Below are positions 47,436 to 56,406 of a stretch of 64,000 nucleotides of DNA, in pieces. Under the pieces are notes generated by a model. That model made no database searches. It had not been told where the DNA came from and saw nothing but the letters and a program-made list of their open reading frames with translations. A program made the translations under genes and the position numbers. Positions within the stretch are counted from its first letter, which is position 1; each line of letters starts with the position of its first letter. Location: the NCBI GenBank assembly GCA_030765235.1, contig JAVCCW010000018.1:25465-89464 (forward strand). Reading direction: 5' to 3'. This stretch comes from Candidatus Gorgyraea atricola. Its GTDB lineage: Bacteria > Omnitrophota > Gorgyraeia > Gorgyraeales > Gorgyraeaceae.

Positions 47436-48605
47436 GCCCTTGCCTTTAATGATATCTATATCCTTGTCGCCTCTACCGGATAGGCAGATGGCTATGATTT
47501 TATTTTTGTTCAGCTTCGGCGCTAGTTTTTTTACTGCATAGTATATGGCATGGCTTGGCTCAAGGGCTGGGATAATGCCTTCTGTCTCAGATAACATTCT
47601 AAAGCCTTCTAAACCTTCTTTATCATTTACAGCCACATACTGGGCGCGGCCAATGTCTTTGTAATACGAATGCTCCGGGCCTACGCCTGGGTAGTCCAGG
47701 CCTGCGGAGATCGAATGCGCGACTTTTACCTGGCCGTCTTTATCCTGTAACAAATAGCTCTTACTTCCATGCAAAACCCCGGGTTTACCTTTACAGAGTG
47801 CTGCACCGTGTTTGCCGCTTGCTAAACCTAAGCCGCCTGCTTCTACGCCGATAAATTTCACCCTTGTCTTAAAAAACGTGTGGAAAAATCCTATGGAATT
47901 GCTTCCTCCGCCAACGCATGCCACCATGTAATCTGGAAGTCGGCCTTCATATTTTAAGATCTGTTTCTTTGTCTCTTTGCCAATAACTGCCTGAAAATCA
48001 CGAACCATTGCAGGATATGGGTGTGGGCCTACTACAGAGCCTATTATATAATGAGTTGTACGAACATTTGTAACCCAGTCTCTTATTGCTTCATTGGTCG
48101 CGTCTTTAAGAGTCTTGCTTCCTGAATAAACAGGTATTACCTTTGTGCCAAGAAGCTTCATTTTTAATACATTCAACGCTTGACGCTCTATGTCCTCTAT
48201 GCCCATATATACTTCGCAAGGAAGCCCAAACATAGCTGCAGCAGTAGCTGTGGCAACACCATGCTGGCCAGCGCCTGTCTCAGCTATAATGCGCGACTTG
48301 CCCATCTTTACAGCCAAAAGCACCTGGCCAAGCGTATTATTTATCTTATGCGCGCCTGTATGCAGCAGATCCTCGCGTTTAAGATAGATTCTTGTGCCTG
48401 TTTTTCTGGACAGGTTCTTGGCAAAATAAAGCGGCGTGGGCCGACCTGCATAGACCTCCAGCAATTCACCTAATTCACGCTTAAACTTAGCATCTTTAAG
48501 AGCCTTTTTATATTCCCTCTCCAGCTCCTCAAGCGCTACCATAAGCGTCTCAGGCACAAACTTCCCACCAAATCCCCTGAATTTACCATTCTTATCAGGT
48601 AGCAT
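47424..48605 (-). CDS. trpB: Tryptophan synthase beta chain
   Basis: [12 protein letters not shown]-lysine motif. Confidence 0.95.
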   Translation of the reverse strand: MLPDKNGKFRGFGGKFVPETLMVALEELEREYKKALKDAKFKRELGELLEVYAGRPTPLYFAKNLSRKTGTRIYLKREDLLHTGAHKINNTLGQVLLAVKMGKSRIIAETGAGQHGVATATAAAMFGLPCEVYMGIEDIERQALNVLKMKLLGTKVIPVYSGSKTLKDATNEAIRDWVTNVRTTHYIIGSVVGPHPYPAMVRDFQAVIGKETKKQILKYEGRLPDYMVACVGGGSNSIGFFHTFFKTRVKFIGVEAGGLGLASGKHGAALCKGKPGVLHGSKSYLLQDKDGQVKVAHSISAGLDYPGVGPEHSYYKDIGRAQYVAVNDKEGLEGFRMLSETEGIIPALEPSHAIYYAVKKLAPKLNKNKIIAICLSGRGDKDIDIIKGKGLHL

Positions 48606-48699
48606 ACATTTCTCCCTTATATAGCTTATAAATTATATATTATAAAAGGTGAGGTGTCAAGTCCTGTCATTCCCGCGAAAGCGGGAATCCACATAAAAA

Positions 48700-48727
48700 A
48701 ATCCCGTCCGCCAATGGCGGACGGGAT
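48700..48727 (-). terminator. Rho-independent terminator-like hairpin after the 48758..49936 gene
   Basis: cccgtccgccaatggcggacggg followed by a U-run on the minus strand. Confidence 0.6.
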
Positions 48728-48757
48728 TGTAATCTGCTAAAATCTAACCTGGTTAGA

Positions 48758-49936
48758 TTAGCCTTTTTCCAACGCATTCCTTATTGCAATAGCCTGTGAT
48801 TCGTCTAATACGCCCAACTCCACGCCTTTTTGAATAACCTTCTCAAGGTCACTCCATGTCTTCGCATCTTTTATAAGACTAAAGAACACCTTAGTATTAA
48901 TTGACTTTTCGAGCCCAGAAAGTTTTTCTTTAATAAGGGCTTCAGCTTTACCTTCCTCAAAAAGTTCCTCATCATTAGTAGCTATTGCAAGAGCATAACC
49001 CTCGTTTATTACCTTGTCTTTTATTTTTTGTCTTGCTGATGCAGGCAGGCCTATTAGACCTGCTTCTGTTATAGTTATTACTCGAGTGTTTGAGAATTGA
49101 TTGAATCTCTCCTTTAAGATAGGCTTGGTTACGGCAGGTACGCCGCTATCTTGTGCCGTTTCTCCGAGTTTTGCAAGCTCTGAGCCTGCTGGCTGAGGTT
49201 TCGCTGCAGTGACTACCCTTGACGTGTCGGATAAATCATCAAAGATGCTGCCGATATCAACATTAGCGGATTTTAATATGTCTTCTGCCTTTGTTCGCAC
49301 TATACTTCCGCTCTTAAAAGCAAATATAGCTTCAAGAGCTAGTGGATTTTTCAGCAGATCCAGTCTGTTGGTGTTTTTCAGTACCTCCTCGACAACTGAA
49401 ACATTGCTAACTATCCGCTTCATCTGAGTCTTTTCTTCATCACTGGTTCTACCTATTAAATCAAATGAATTAAGGCCTATATTCGCCTCTCTCGAGCCAT
49501 CTTTTCTAGTCAAAGGTTTTATCTGTGTCCCGAACGCCGCGTCAATAGCCTTCATTTGATTCTTATTCATGGGTTGAAGAATTTTATAGTTACCTGTGCT
49601 GGTGCGTTCAATTAAACCCAACATTATCATGTCGTTTAATTCATTGGTCAGCATAGTATTGCCGATGTCCCATTTCTTATTACCGGTTTTTCTTCGACCA
49701 TACTCACGTCTCATTTGTCTAAATTTATCTGTTGTAAATGTCTGTCCTTGCAGAAACTCAGCTTCTTCGATCAAGGTATCGATTCCAGCAAGAGCAGATT
49801 TTTTAGTCTCTCCGTCAACTATTTCTATTCCATCATCTGTTACGCTTTTCTTCTTTAATGCATACCCTGAATCAGCTATTAGAAAGGTGCTTACCAGCAT
49901 TAAAATAGCTGAAATTGTAAATATTTTTCTAAACAT
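48758..49936 (-). CDS. AT-rich hypothetical secreted protein, 392 aa
   Basis: Signal peptide MFRKIFTISAILMLVSTFLIA; no recognised motif. Confidence 0.5.
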   Translation of the reverse strand: MFRKIFTISAILMLVSTFLIADSGYALKKKSVTDDGIEIVDGETKKSALAGIDTLIEEAEFLQGQTFTTDKFRQMRREYGRRKTGNKKWDIGNTMLTNELNDMIMLGLIERTSTGNYKILQPMNKNQMKAIDAAFGTQIKPLTRKDGSREANIGLNSFDLIGRTSDEEKTQMKRIVSNVSVVEEVLKNTNRLDLLKNPLALEAIFAFKSGSIVRTKAEDILKSANVDIGSIFDDLSDTSRVVTAAKPQPAGSELAKLGETAQDSGVPAVTKPILKERFNQFSNTRVITITEAGLIGLPASARQKIKDKVINEGYALAIATNDEELFEEGKAEALIKEKLSGLEKSINTKVFFSLIKDAKTWSDLEKVIQKGVELGVLDESQAIAIRNALEKG

Positions 49937-49958
49937 ATTCCCCTCCTTTTTTATTTGC

Positions 49959-51419
49959 CTATTCCATCTTTAAGGTCCATCGGTAGTGTTCATCATCTGT
50001 TTCTGTGGTAACCTTTGGACTTATTACAATATATGAATAGCCTTTATCAGCTAGTAACTTAGTTAGAGTTGGCGTATGAAAACCACCTGCTACAAGTGCT
50101 GCTAGATCTACACCTTCGTTCTTTAAGTGTTCTTCTGTCATTTTTACAAAGATCTTGTCTCTTTTAAATGCTATGCCATAAAACTCCTCTAGATTCGAAA
50201 GGTTATCGCTGATTATAAAGTAATTTTCAGGTATGGTTAAAGAAAGGTTTAGCTCCTGAGATTTTTCCTTTAAGAAATTAGACCAGAATTTAGGGTCAAA
50301 ATCTTTCTTATTTTCTGTGAAATATTTATATTCCTCAGGCACAACTTTTATCCTCAGGAGATTTTTCATTATTGCTAAAGCATTAGAAACCCTTATGAGC
50401 TTTTTCTGATCATAGGTTTCAGCTAATGTATCCTGCAAGACATCCTCGAGCAAAGGCTCTTCTTTAAATAGCTCATTAACATTCAGGTCCCTTGTGGCTT
50501 CTATATATTCATTATACATATTCATTTCTTCAGCTGAGGCACTACCATCACGTACTTTTACAAGGTCGATCTTCTTTTCTAATTCACTAGCTTTTATGAG
50601 GTTCTGAAAATTCGGGAATGTGTATAGAGGTATCTCGTTCTCTTCAGCCTGATTATAAAGGAATTCATAGTATGCCAGAAGATCTATTGTTTCTGCATCA
50701 TATTCTTTCTTTTTGCTGTCCAGGGCTACAAGACCTTCATTGTAGATCTTTGGCTTTATAACATCAGAGACAGTAATTAATTTACTGACATATTCACTAG
50801 CTAAGTCTTTAAATTCATCTATCTTCCATAATGCATCAGCATGCGTATCGTACAGGGCTTCATCCTCCAAGGCTAATACCTTTGTTTGATAGTCAGTGGC
50901 TAAATCCAGGTAGTTTATACAAGTAAAATATCCATTTTTTACAAGGCGATCTGCAACCTCTATTCTTTCTTCTAAAGGCAGTCTATCTCGTAAATATTTA
51001 TAACCTCTTTCATCAAATTGACCCTCTGGCAATATTACGTTAAGGTTTACATCTTCTATAAGAGACTCAAGGATTTTTGCAGCATTAATCTGGCCCTCGT
51101 AGTTTGCATGTGCATCCTGGACATGGATAATCAGCTTGCCATTAGTGCCTTTGTGGGTCTCGATTATGCTTCCGTATTGGTCAGGGATAAATATGTCTTC
51201 CGGGTCGAGTGCGTCAGTTAATAGGTCTTCAAAGGGGAGTTCTTCGAGCTCTTCAAGTGCTTCTGTTGTTTCTTCAACTGGTTCTGGGGCCTGGGTTGTC
51301 TTTCCTGTAGCGCCTTTGCGCTTATCCCAGATGCTTGCAGCATAACTAGGGCAAGACATTACGATAGCGTTTACAAAAAGGAGCAAAAAAATAAGAGCTA
51401 TTTTTCCGGTATTCTTCAT
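49959..51419 (-). CDS. AT-rich hypothetical secreted protein, 486 aa; possibly TraB/GumN/Tiki-like (tentative)
   Basis: Signal peptide; acidic low-complexity linker; HVQDAH near the N-terminus and AGGFHT near the C-terminus resemble the GxxH pairs of the TraB/GumN family. Confidence 0.45.
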   Translation of the reverse strand: MKNTGKIALIFLLLFVNAIVMSCPSYAASIWDKRKGATGKTTQAPEPVEETTEALEELEELPFEDLLTDALDPEDIFIPDQYGSIIETHKGTNGKLIIHVQDAHANYEGQINAAKILESLIEDVNLNVILPEGQFDERGYKYLRDRLPLEERIEVADRLVKNGYFTCINYLDLATDYQTKVLALEDEALYDTHADALWKIDEFKDLASEYVSKLITVSDVIKPKIYNEGLVALDSKKKEYDAETIDLLAYYEFLYNQAEENEIPLYTFPNFQNLIKASELEKKIDLVKVRDGSASAEEMNMYNEYIEATRDLNVNELFKEEPLLEDVLQDTLAETYDQKKLIRVSNALAIMKNLLRIKVVPEEYKYFTENKKDFDPKFWSNFLKEKSQELNLSLTIPENYFIISDNLSNLEEFYGIAFKRDKIFVKMTEEHLKNEGVDLAALVAGGFHTPTLTKLLADKGYSYIVISPKVTTETDDEHYRWTLKME

Positions 51420-51501
51420 TTATAGCCTCCTGTACCTTTTCTTAAAGCTTTTATAATCAATATAATTATATCATCTTGATCGAATTCTGTCAAACATTTT
51501 T

Positions 51502-53559
51502 TTAATTATTTTTCCCCGTACCACTCGCTTCGCTCGGGTACGGGGCATACGCGTGAATGGCATCTTCTATTATTACCTCACACTCAGGAATAGACTTTAA
51601 AAACGCTTGGCCATAGGATTTATTGATGATGCGGCTGTCAAGTATGGCTATTATGCCTGTATCCTGCTTGCTCCTTATGAGCCGGCCAAAGCCCTGTTTG
51701 AATTTAAGCACTGCTTCAGGCAGATTGTATTCCAGGAACGCGTCACCTCCTCTTCTCTGTATCTCCTCTGTCCTTGCCTCTATTACTGGGTGGTCAGGCA
51801 CTGAAAAAGGCAGCTTTGTTATGATTACATTTGAAAGTGCCTTGCCCTGCACATCTATGCCCTGCCAGAAGCTGTCCACGCCAAAGAGCACTGAACCTCT
51901 TTCTTCCTTGAATCTTGAAAGCATCTTGCTCCTACCAAGGCCTGCGCCCTGTTTCAGGACATTAAAGCCCTTTTCATCTAAATAATCTATCAGCTCTTCA
52001 TGCACTATGTTCATAAGCGAATAGCTTGTAAACAAGACAAAGGCATTGCCATTGGTAAGATCAAGGAATCTCTTAATCCTATCTGCTAAGGCCTCGGAAT
52101 ATTCTGTGATCCTACTAGGCAAAGGCATGTTTTTGGCAATGTACATACGGACCTGGTTCTTGTAATCAAAAGATGAGCCAAGTTTAAGGTCTTTGGACTC
52201 GCTTATGCCTAGTCTCTTTTTAAGATAGCTAAAAGGCGCAACGCCATTTCCTACAGAAAGGGTTGCGCTTGTTAAGATTATAGGTATGGGGCTTGAGAGA
52301 AGCCTTTCCTTTAATATAGCGCCTACATCTATAGGTGCTGCATTAATCGAGATCTTCTTCTTTGAACACTCTAGCCAGTAAACCCCATTCGAAAAGGCCT
52401 TATTGTCTAAATCAGCTTCTTTTCGAACGGGGCACGCATAGTTCTCCAAGTCCTGGCTCAGGATAATATCCAAGGAGGTATTTAAATCATTTATCTTTTT
52501 AATAAATGCGCTTATCTCAATCTCATCCTCTTTATTCCTTGCATTGCGCTTAGCATCTATGAGCGACTCTACTAACTTGGAAAGCGGCAGGGAAATTTCA
52601 TTAGCCACAAAATTTGGTTTTCTTATCCTGAGTGAATCTGATTCGCCGTTTAATTTTCTTGCCTCGAAATACTCTTTTACATCTTTAAAAAACGCGTCTG
52701 AGCGCTTTCTAATAATCTCTATCCACTCCATAGAGTCCTGATTACCTACAGTAAGAAGAAATCCTTTTTGCTTCCTGGCATTGAATAAAAGATCCATTAG
52801 ATACTTTATGCCAGAGCTACTGACACTCGCGCCAAGATGCTCTGTTGCCACGCCTTCAATGGAATGGGCCTCGTCAAACACCAGGACTTCGCTCTGAGGA
52901 AGTATGGCCTTTTCTTCGTCTTCAATAGCCATGTTCGAAAAAAATAGATGGTGGTTTACGATCAGGATGCGGGCATCGCGCATCCGCTCTCTTGCTTTTT
53001 GAAAAAAACATTGTTTGTGGTGAGGGCATTTTTTGCCAAGACAGTTTTCTGTATTAGCTGAGACCATGTCCCACACCTTAGGATCTGGCTTCTCGTCCAA
53101 GTCATATAGCGACCCATCCTCTGTCCTGTATGACCATGCCGCTATCTTTGCAAAGTGCTTCATCTCGTACTCGTCATTAAACAGGTCTTTTTGTTTCAGG
53201 TCTGACCTGCGAAGCCTGCGCAGGCAAAGATAATTCCTGCGGCCTTTAACAAGCGCGGCCTTAAACTCCATGCCCAAGGCCTTTTCAAGAAATGGTATGT
53301 CTTTGTGGATGATTTGTTCCTGCAGGCTTATTGTATTTGTGGAGATTATAGCTGTGGAGTCTGTTGCAAGTACGTGCCTTGCGACTGGCACAAGATACGC
53401 AAAGCTCTTGCCAACGCCTGTGCCTGCCTCGACAACGAGTGTCTGCGAGCGCAGTATAGCATCAGCAATAGCGCCTGCCATCTCTATCTGCTCAGGCCGC
53501 TCCTCATAGCTCTCGAGAGCCCTCGCAATAGGTCCATCTTGCCCAAACACATCTCTCAT
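51502..53559 (-). CDS. DinG/Rad3-family ATP-dependent DNA helicase (Fe-S domain)
   Basis: AGTGVGKSFAYL Walker A; DEAH box VFDEAHS; Cys cluster CLGKKCPHHKQCF. Confidence 0.88.
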   Translation of the reverse strand: MRDVFGQDGPIARALESYEERPEQIEMAGAIADAILRSQTLVVEAGTGVGKSFAYLVPVARHVLATDSTAIISTNTISLQEQIIHKDIPFLEKALGMEFKAALVKGRRNYLCLRRLRRSDLKQKDLFNDEYEMKHFAKIAAWSYRTEDGSLYDLDEKPDPKVWDMVSANTENCLGKKCPHHKQCFFQKARERMRDARILIVNHHLFFSNMAIEDEEKAILPQSEVLVFDEAHSIEGVATEHLGASVSSSGIKYLMDLLFNARKQKGFLLTVGNQDSMEWIEIIRKRSDAFFKDVKEYFEARKLNGESDSLRIRKPNFVANEISLPLSKLVESLIDAKRNARNKEDEIEISAFIKKINDLNTSLDIILSQDLENYACPVRKEADLDNKAFSNGVYWLECSKKKISINAAPIDVGAILKERLLSSPIPIILTSATLSVGNGVAPFSYLKKRLGISESKDLKLGSSFDYKNQVRMYIAKNMPLPSRITEYSEALADRIKRFLDLTNGNAFVLFTSYSLMNIVHEELIDYLDEKGFNVLKQGAGLGRSKMLSRFKEERGSVLFGVDSFWQGIDVQGKALSNVIITKLPFSVPDHPVIEARTEEIQRRGGDAFLEYNLPEAVLKFKQGFGRLIRSKQDTGIIAILDSRIINKSYGQAFLKSIPECEVIIEDAIHAYAPYPSEASGTGKNN

Positions 53560-53583
53560 GTCGCTTCAGCCCCTCCTCTGTCA

Positions 53584-53645
53584 GACCTGGCAAGGCTGGA
53601 CCTCGGCTTTTTTAAAAGCCGAGGTCCAGCCTTGCCAGGTCTGCT
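53584..53645. repeat. Palindrome family H copy 3 (variant centre TTTTTTAAAA, longer arms)
   Basis: ctggcaaggctggacctcggcttttttaaaagccgaggtccagccttgccag. Confidence 0.85.
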
Positions 53646-54266
53646 TTAGCGTTTCTTAAATAAGGATATACGTTTTTCTTCCCCTTTTATCAGGCGGGAT
53701 ATGTTTGGACGGTGTTTATAGGTGATCAGGAGACATAAGAGGCTCGTGAAAATCACTATCTCGGTTGCTTCTCCGAATACGAGCGCGAATATGGGTATTG
53801 ATATGGACGCTATAATGGATGCCGCAGATACAAAACCTGTTAAAGAAAAAGCAATGCCCCACACCAGAAAACCAAGCCAGAATATCTTTGGTATCAGACC
53901 GACTACGACACCCGCGCTTGTTGCAACGCCTTTGCCCCCTTTAAATCTCAAAAATATTGTCCAGCTATGGCCAGCTATCGCGGCTAAACCTGCTAAGATC
54001 CTGTATAGTTCAGGCCGCGCTACTGGCGCAAGATGCATGAAAAAACTGGCGATGTATGTCGCGCACAAAAATCCCTTAAAGATATCCAGCGCAAGCGCGA
54101 TAAAGCCAGGCACTTTCCCAACTACTCTAAAGACATTTGTCGCGCCTACATTGCCGCTTCCATATTCCCTTATGTCCACACCTTTAAATAAACGTCCAAA
54201 TATGTAGGCTGTGGGAATTGAACCAATAAGATAACTAGCTATGAGTCCGACTAACAATATAATCAC
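53646..54266 (-). CDS. plsY: Glycerol-3-phosphate acyltransferase PlsY
   Basis: GSGNVGATNVFR. Confidence 0.92.
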   Translation of the reverse strand: MIILLVGLIASYLIGSIPTAYIFGRLFKGVDIREYGSGNVGATNVFRVVGKVPGFIALALDIFKGFLCATYIASFFMHLAPVARPELYRILAGLAAIAGHSWTIFLRFKGGKGVATSAGVVVGLIPKIFWLGFLVWGIAFSLTGFVSAASIIASISIPIFALVFGEATEIVIFTSLLCLLITYKHRPNISRLIKGEEKRISLFKKR

Positions 54267-54817
54267 AGTTTTGCGCCTTCGAGTTCTTTTGAGCCGCGCC
54301 AGATATAGTCTATTCCGGAAAGGATTGTAAAAAATACTGCGGGATAGATAAAAAATTTATTGTATTTAAATGTTATGAGGATCGCCAATATCGCTATCAT
54401 CTGAAAAAAGGTAGTTATCTTTCCAAGCCAGCTGGGCTTTATCTTGATCTCGCCTTTTAAGAAATACATGATCATAGAACCTATGACAATGATTATGTCG
54501 CGAGTCAATACCACAAGCACTGCCCAAGCAGGTATGCGAAAATCCTGCGGTATACTTTTGACTATGGACAATGATATAAAAGCGCTCGCGATCAATAGTT
54601 TATCAGCTATGGGATCAAGTATTATGCCTAATTCTGTAATTTGGCCGCGGCTTCGCGCAATACCACCATCAATGGCGTCTGAAAAGGCTGCGAGAGCGAA
54701 TATAGCGAGCGCCACAAATCTCAGATGCGGCATGGCATCGCCATAATACAAGACACTGGCTATAAAAAATGGGATTATGAGAATGCGGAATATAGTTATT
54801 TTATTGGCAAGATTCAT
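54263..54817 (-). CDS. pgsA: CDP-diacylglycerol--glycerol-3-phosphate 3-phosphatidyltransferase
   Basis: DAIDGGIAR...GIILDPIADK CDP-alcohol phosphatidyltransferase motif. Confidence 0.88.
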   Translation of the reverse strand: MNLANKITIFRILIIPFFIASVLYYGDAMPHLRFVALAIFALAAFSDAIDGGIARSRGQITELGIILDPIADKLLIASAFISLSIVKSIPQDFRIPAWAVLVVLTRDIIIVIGSMIMYFLKGEIKIKPSWLGKITTFFQMIAILAILITFKYNKFFIYPAVFFTILSGIDYIWRGSKELEGAKL

Positions 54818-54823
54818 AAGATA

Positions 54824-54939
54824 AATCCCAAATTCAAATACTACCAAATCCCAAATAAATCCAAAATCCCAAAGCATGTTTGGGATTTAGAAATTGGGAT
54901 TTATTTGGTAGTATTGGTATTATTGGGATTTGGGATTTT
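54824..54939. repeat. Hairpin repeat family A copy 4
   Basis: aaatcccaaattcaaatactaccaaatcccaaataaatccaaaatcccaaagcatgtttgggatttagaaattgggatttatttggtagtattggtattattgggatttgggatttt. Confidence 0.8.
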
Positions 54940-56275
54940 ACTGACATAGCTCCTTAAGATATTTTGGTATGCCTGAGGCCTCTTTTGGTCCCACCAGCAC
55001 CTTCCAGCCTGACGCGTCTTCGAGTTTTCCGCTCAAGATAGAGGCATATCCCGGGATGATAATATTTTTATGCGAGACTGCTTTTTCAGTCTCGAATTTT
55101 TTCATTGTCTCGGCTATCACCTCAGGCGTGAATTTCTCAGCTGCCCATGCTGTCAATACGCTCATACCCTCTGAATCTGTCACAAGTAAATAAGACGGGA
55201 TCTTACTTGCCTCGATCTCAGGCGAAACAGTATAAAAGGTAAGCGAAAAATTGGTCGTCACCATGACAGGTGAATTTTCATTGACCTGACCAAAGGCATA
55301 GAGTTTCGGTTCGACTGTAACCGGCTTTTGCGGGTCAGTGTAGATATTTTGGCGAAGCGTAATAATAGGAAGCAACACCTCTTTATCCAGAGAATCAAGC
55401 ACTATTAAGCCCGCGTATTTTGCTATCAGCGTACATGCCTCTTGTACTAATTTATATTTATCGCTTTGTTTTATAACTCTTACTAGAGGGTAACCAAAGA
55501 CCCTGTGGCTTTTCTTCAGGCTCAACCTTCTGATGTGCGTAAAATCATTCAAGGTTTGATTTAATATATCAGAGTCTGGGTCAAGCATTAACTCCTGCAC
55601 TCCTAATGATGCTGCTTCCTGGGAAAGTTTGTCAAGCTCTTCCAATCCCTTTGCTTTTAATGTAAGCGCTGCTTTGTGGGTCTTTGCGATCTGACACATG
55701 TCTTTTAAATTCGCGCTGGTCGCGGCGTATATAAGGGGTTTTCTGTCAGCGCATTTTTTCAGGGCCTGTTCTATTGTCTTTGGATCATCGCTTGCCAGGA
55801 CCAGGGGCTTTTTTGAATTCGCGATTATTTTATCCAGGGCGTTTGCAAATTTTTCAGGAGAAGCGCTTTTATTGACCAGGGCTATCATATCAATAACAAT
55901 ATGCTGGCCAATTCGCTCAAAGCCCATTTCTTCTATAGCCTTGACTCTTTGCAAGAGATCTGAGTCAGATAGCGTATCTTCGACACTGATTGCTATGGGA
56001 GTTTGGTGATAAAAGGTCTTCTCGTGCCTGAAAAGCACTGTCTCGCCGCCTGTTTCAACCTTAGCATCTCCAGAACCCAGCGATATAGTTGCAATAGGCG
56101 GCTTTGACGCAGCATCAAGCGCAGCTTTTGCTTCCTCTGTCACATCAGGACAATCATCCAGTGACGCCTTTTTCATAGCCAGCTTCATTGCAAAAGCAAG
56201 ACAAGTAGGCGAACCACATTTCTTGCAGTTTGTTTTTGGTAGCAACTTATATATATCTAAACCCGATAAAGCCAT
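54938..56275 (-). CDS. acsC: Corrinoid iron-sulfur protein large subunit (AcsC/CdhE)
   Basis: MALSGLDIYKLLPKTNCKKCGSPTCLAFAMKLA with a GGAGAG ribosome-binding site upstream; C-terminal B12-binding domain. Confidence 0.88.
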   Translation of the reverse strand: MALSGLDIYKLLPKTNCKKCGSPTCLAFAMKLAMKKASLDDCPDVTEEAKAALDAASKPPIATISLGSGDAKVETGGETVLFRHEKTFYHQTPIAISVEDTLSDSDLLQRVKAIEEMGFERIGQHIVIDMIALVNKSASPEKFANALDKIIANSKKPLVLASDDPKTIEQALKKCADRKPLIYAATSANLKDMCQIAKTHKAALTLKAKGLEELDKLSQEAASLGVQELMLDPDSDILNQTLNDFTHIRRLSLKKSHRVFGYPLVRVIKQSDKYKLVQEACTLIAKYAGLIVLDSLDKEVLLPIITLRQNIYTDPQKPVTVEPKLYAFGQVNENSPVMVTTNFSLTFYTVSPEIEASKIPSYLLVTDSEGMSVLTAWAAEKFTPEVIAETMKKFETEKAVSHKNIIIPGYASILSGKLEDASGWKVLVGPKEASGIPKYLKELCQ

Positions 56276-56296
56276 TAATCTCTCCTTCCGCGTGCC

Positions 56297-56383
56297 CCGT
56301 TCCAAAATCTCTGATTTTGGAACGGGGCGTAGTTCCGCGTCTAAAGTAGACAAAACAGTCAGTGACTGTTTTGTCTACTTTAG
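56297..56383. repeat. Two adjacent hairpins between acsB and acsC: a CCCCGTTCCAAA hairpin and palindrome family F copy 3
   Basis: gtgccccgttccaaaatctctgattttggaacggggc followed by ctaaagtagacaaaacagtcagtgactgttttgtctactttag. Confidence 0.8.
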
Positions 56384-56406
56384 CTTCCGCGTAAGTTCCG
56401 CGATTC

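Noticed and set aside
13567-54939. Possibility that the GGGATTT-type repeat arrays are CRISPR arrays
   Set aside because: There is no regular repeat-spacer periodicity with unique spacers. The units are degenerate heptamers arranged as inverted halves, and no cas genes are nearby.
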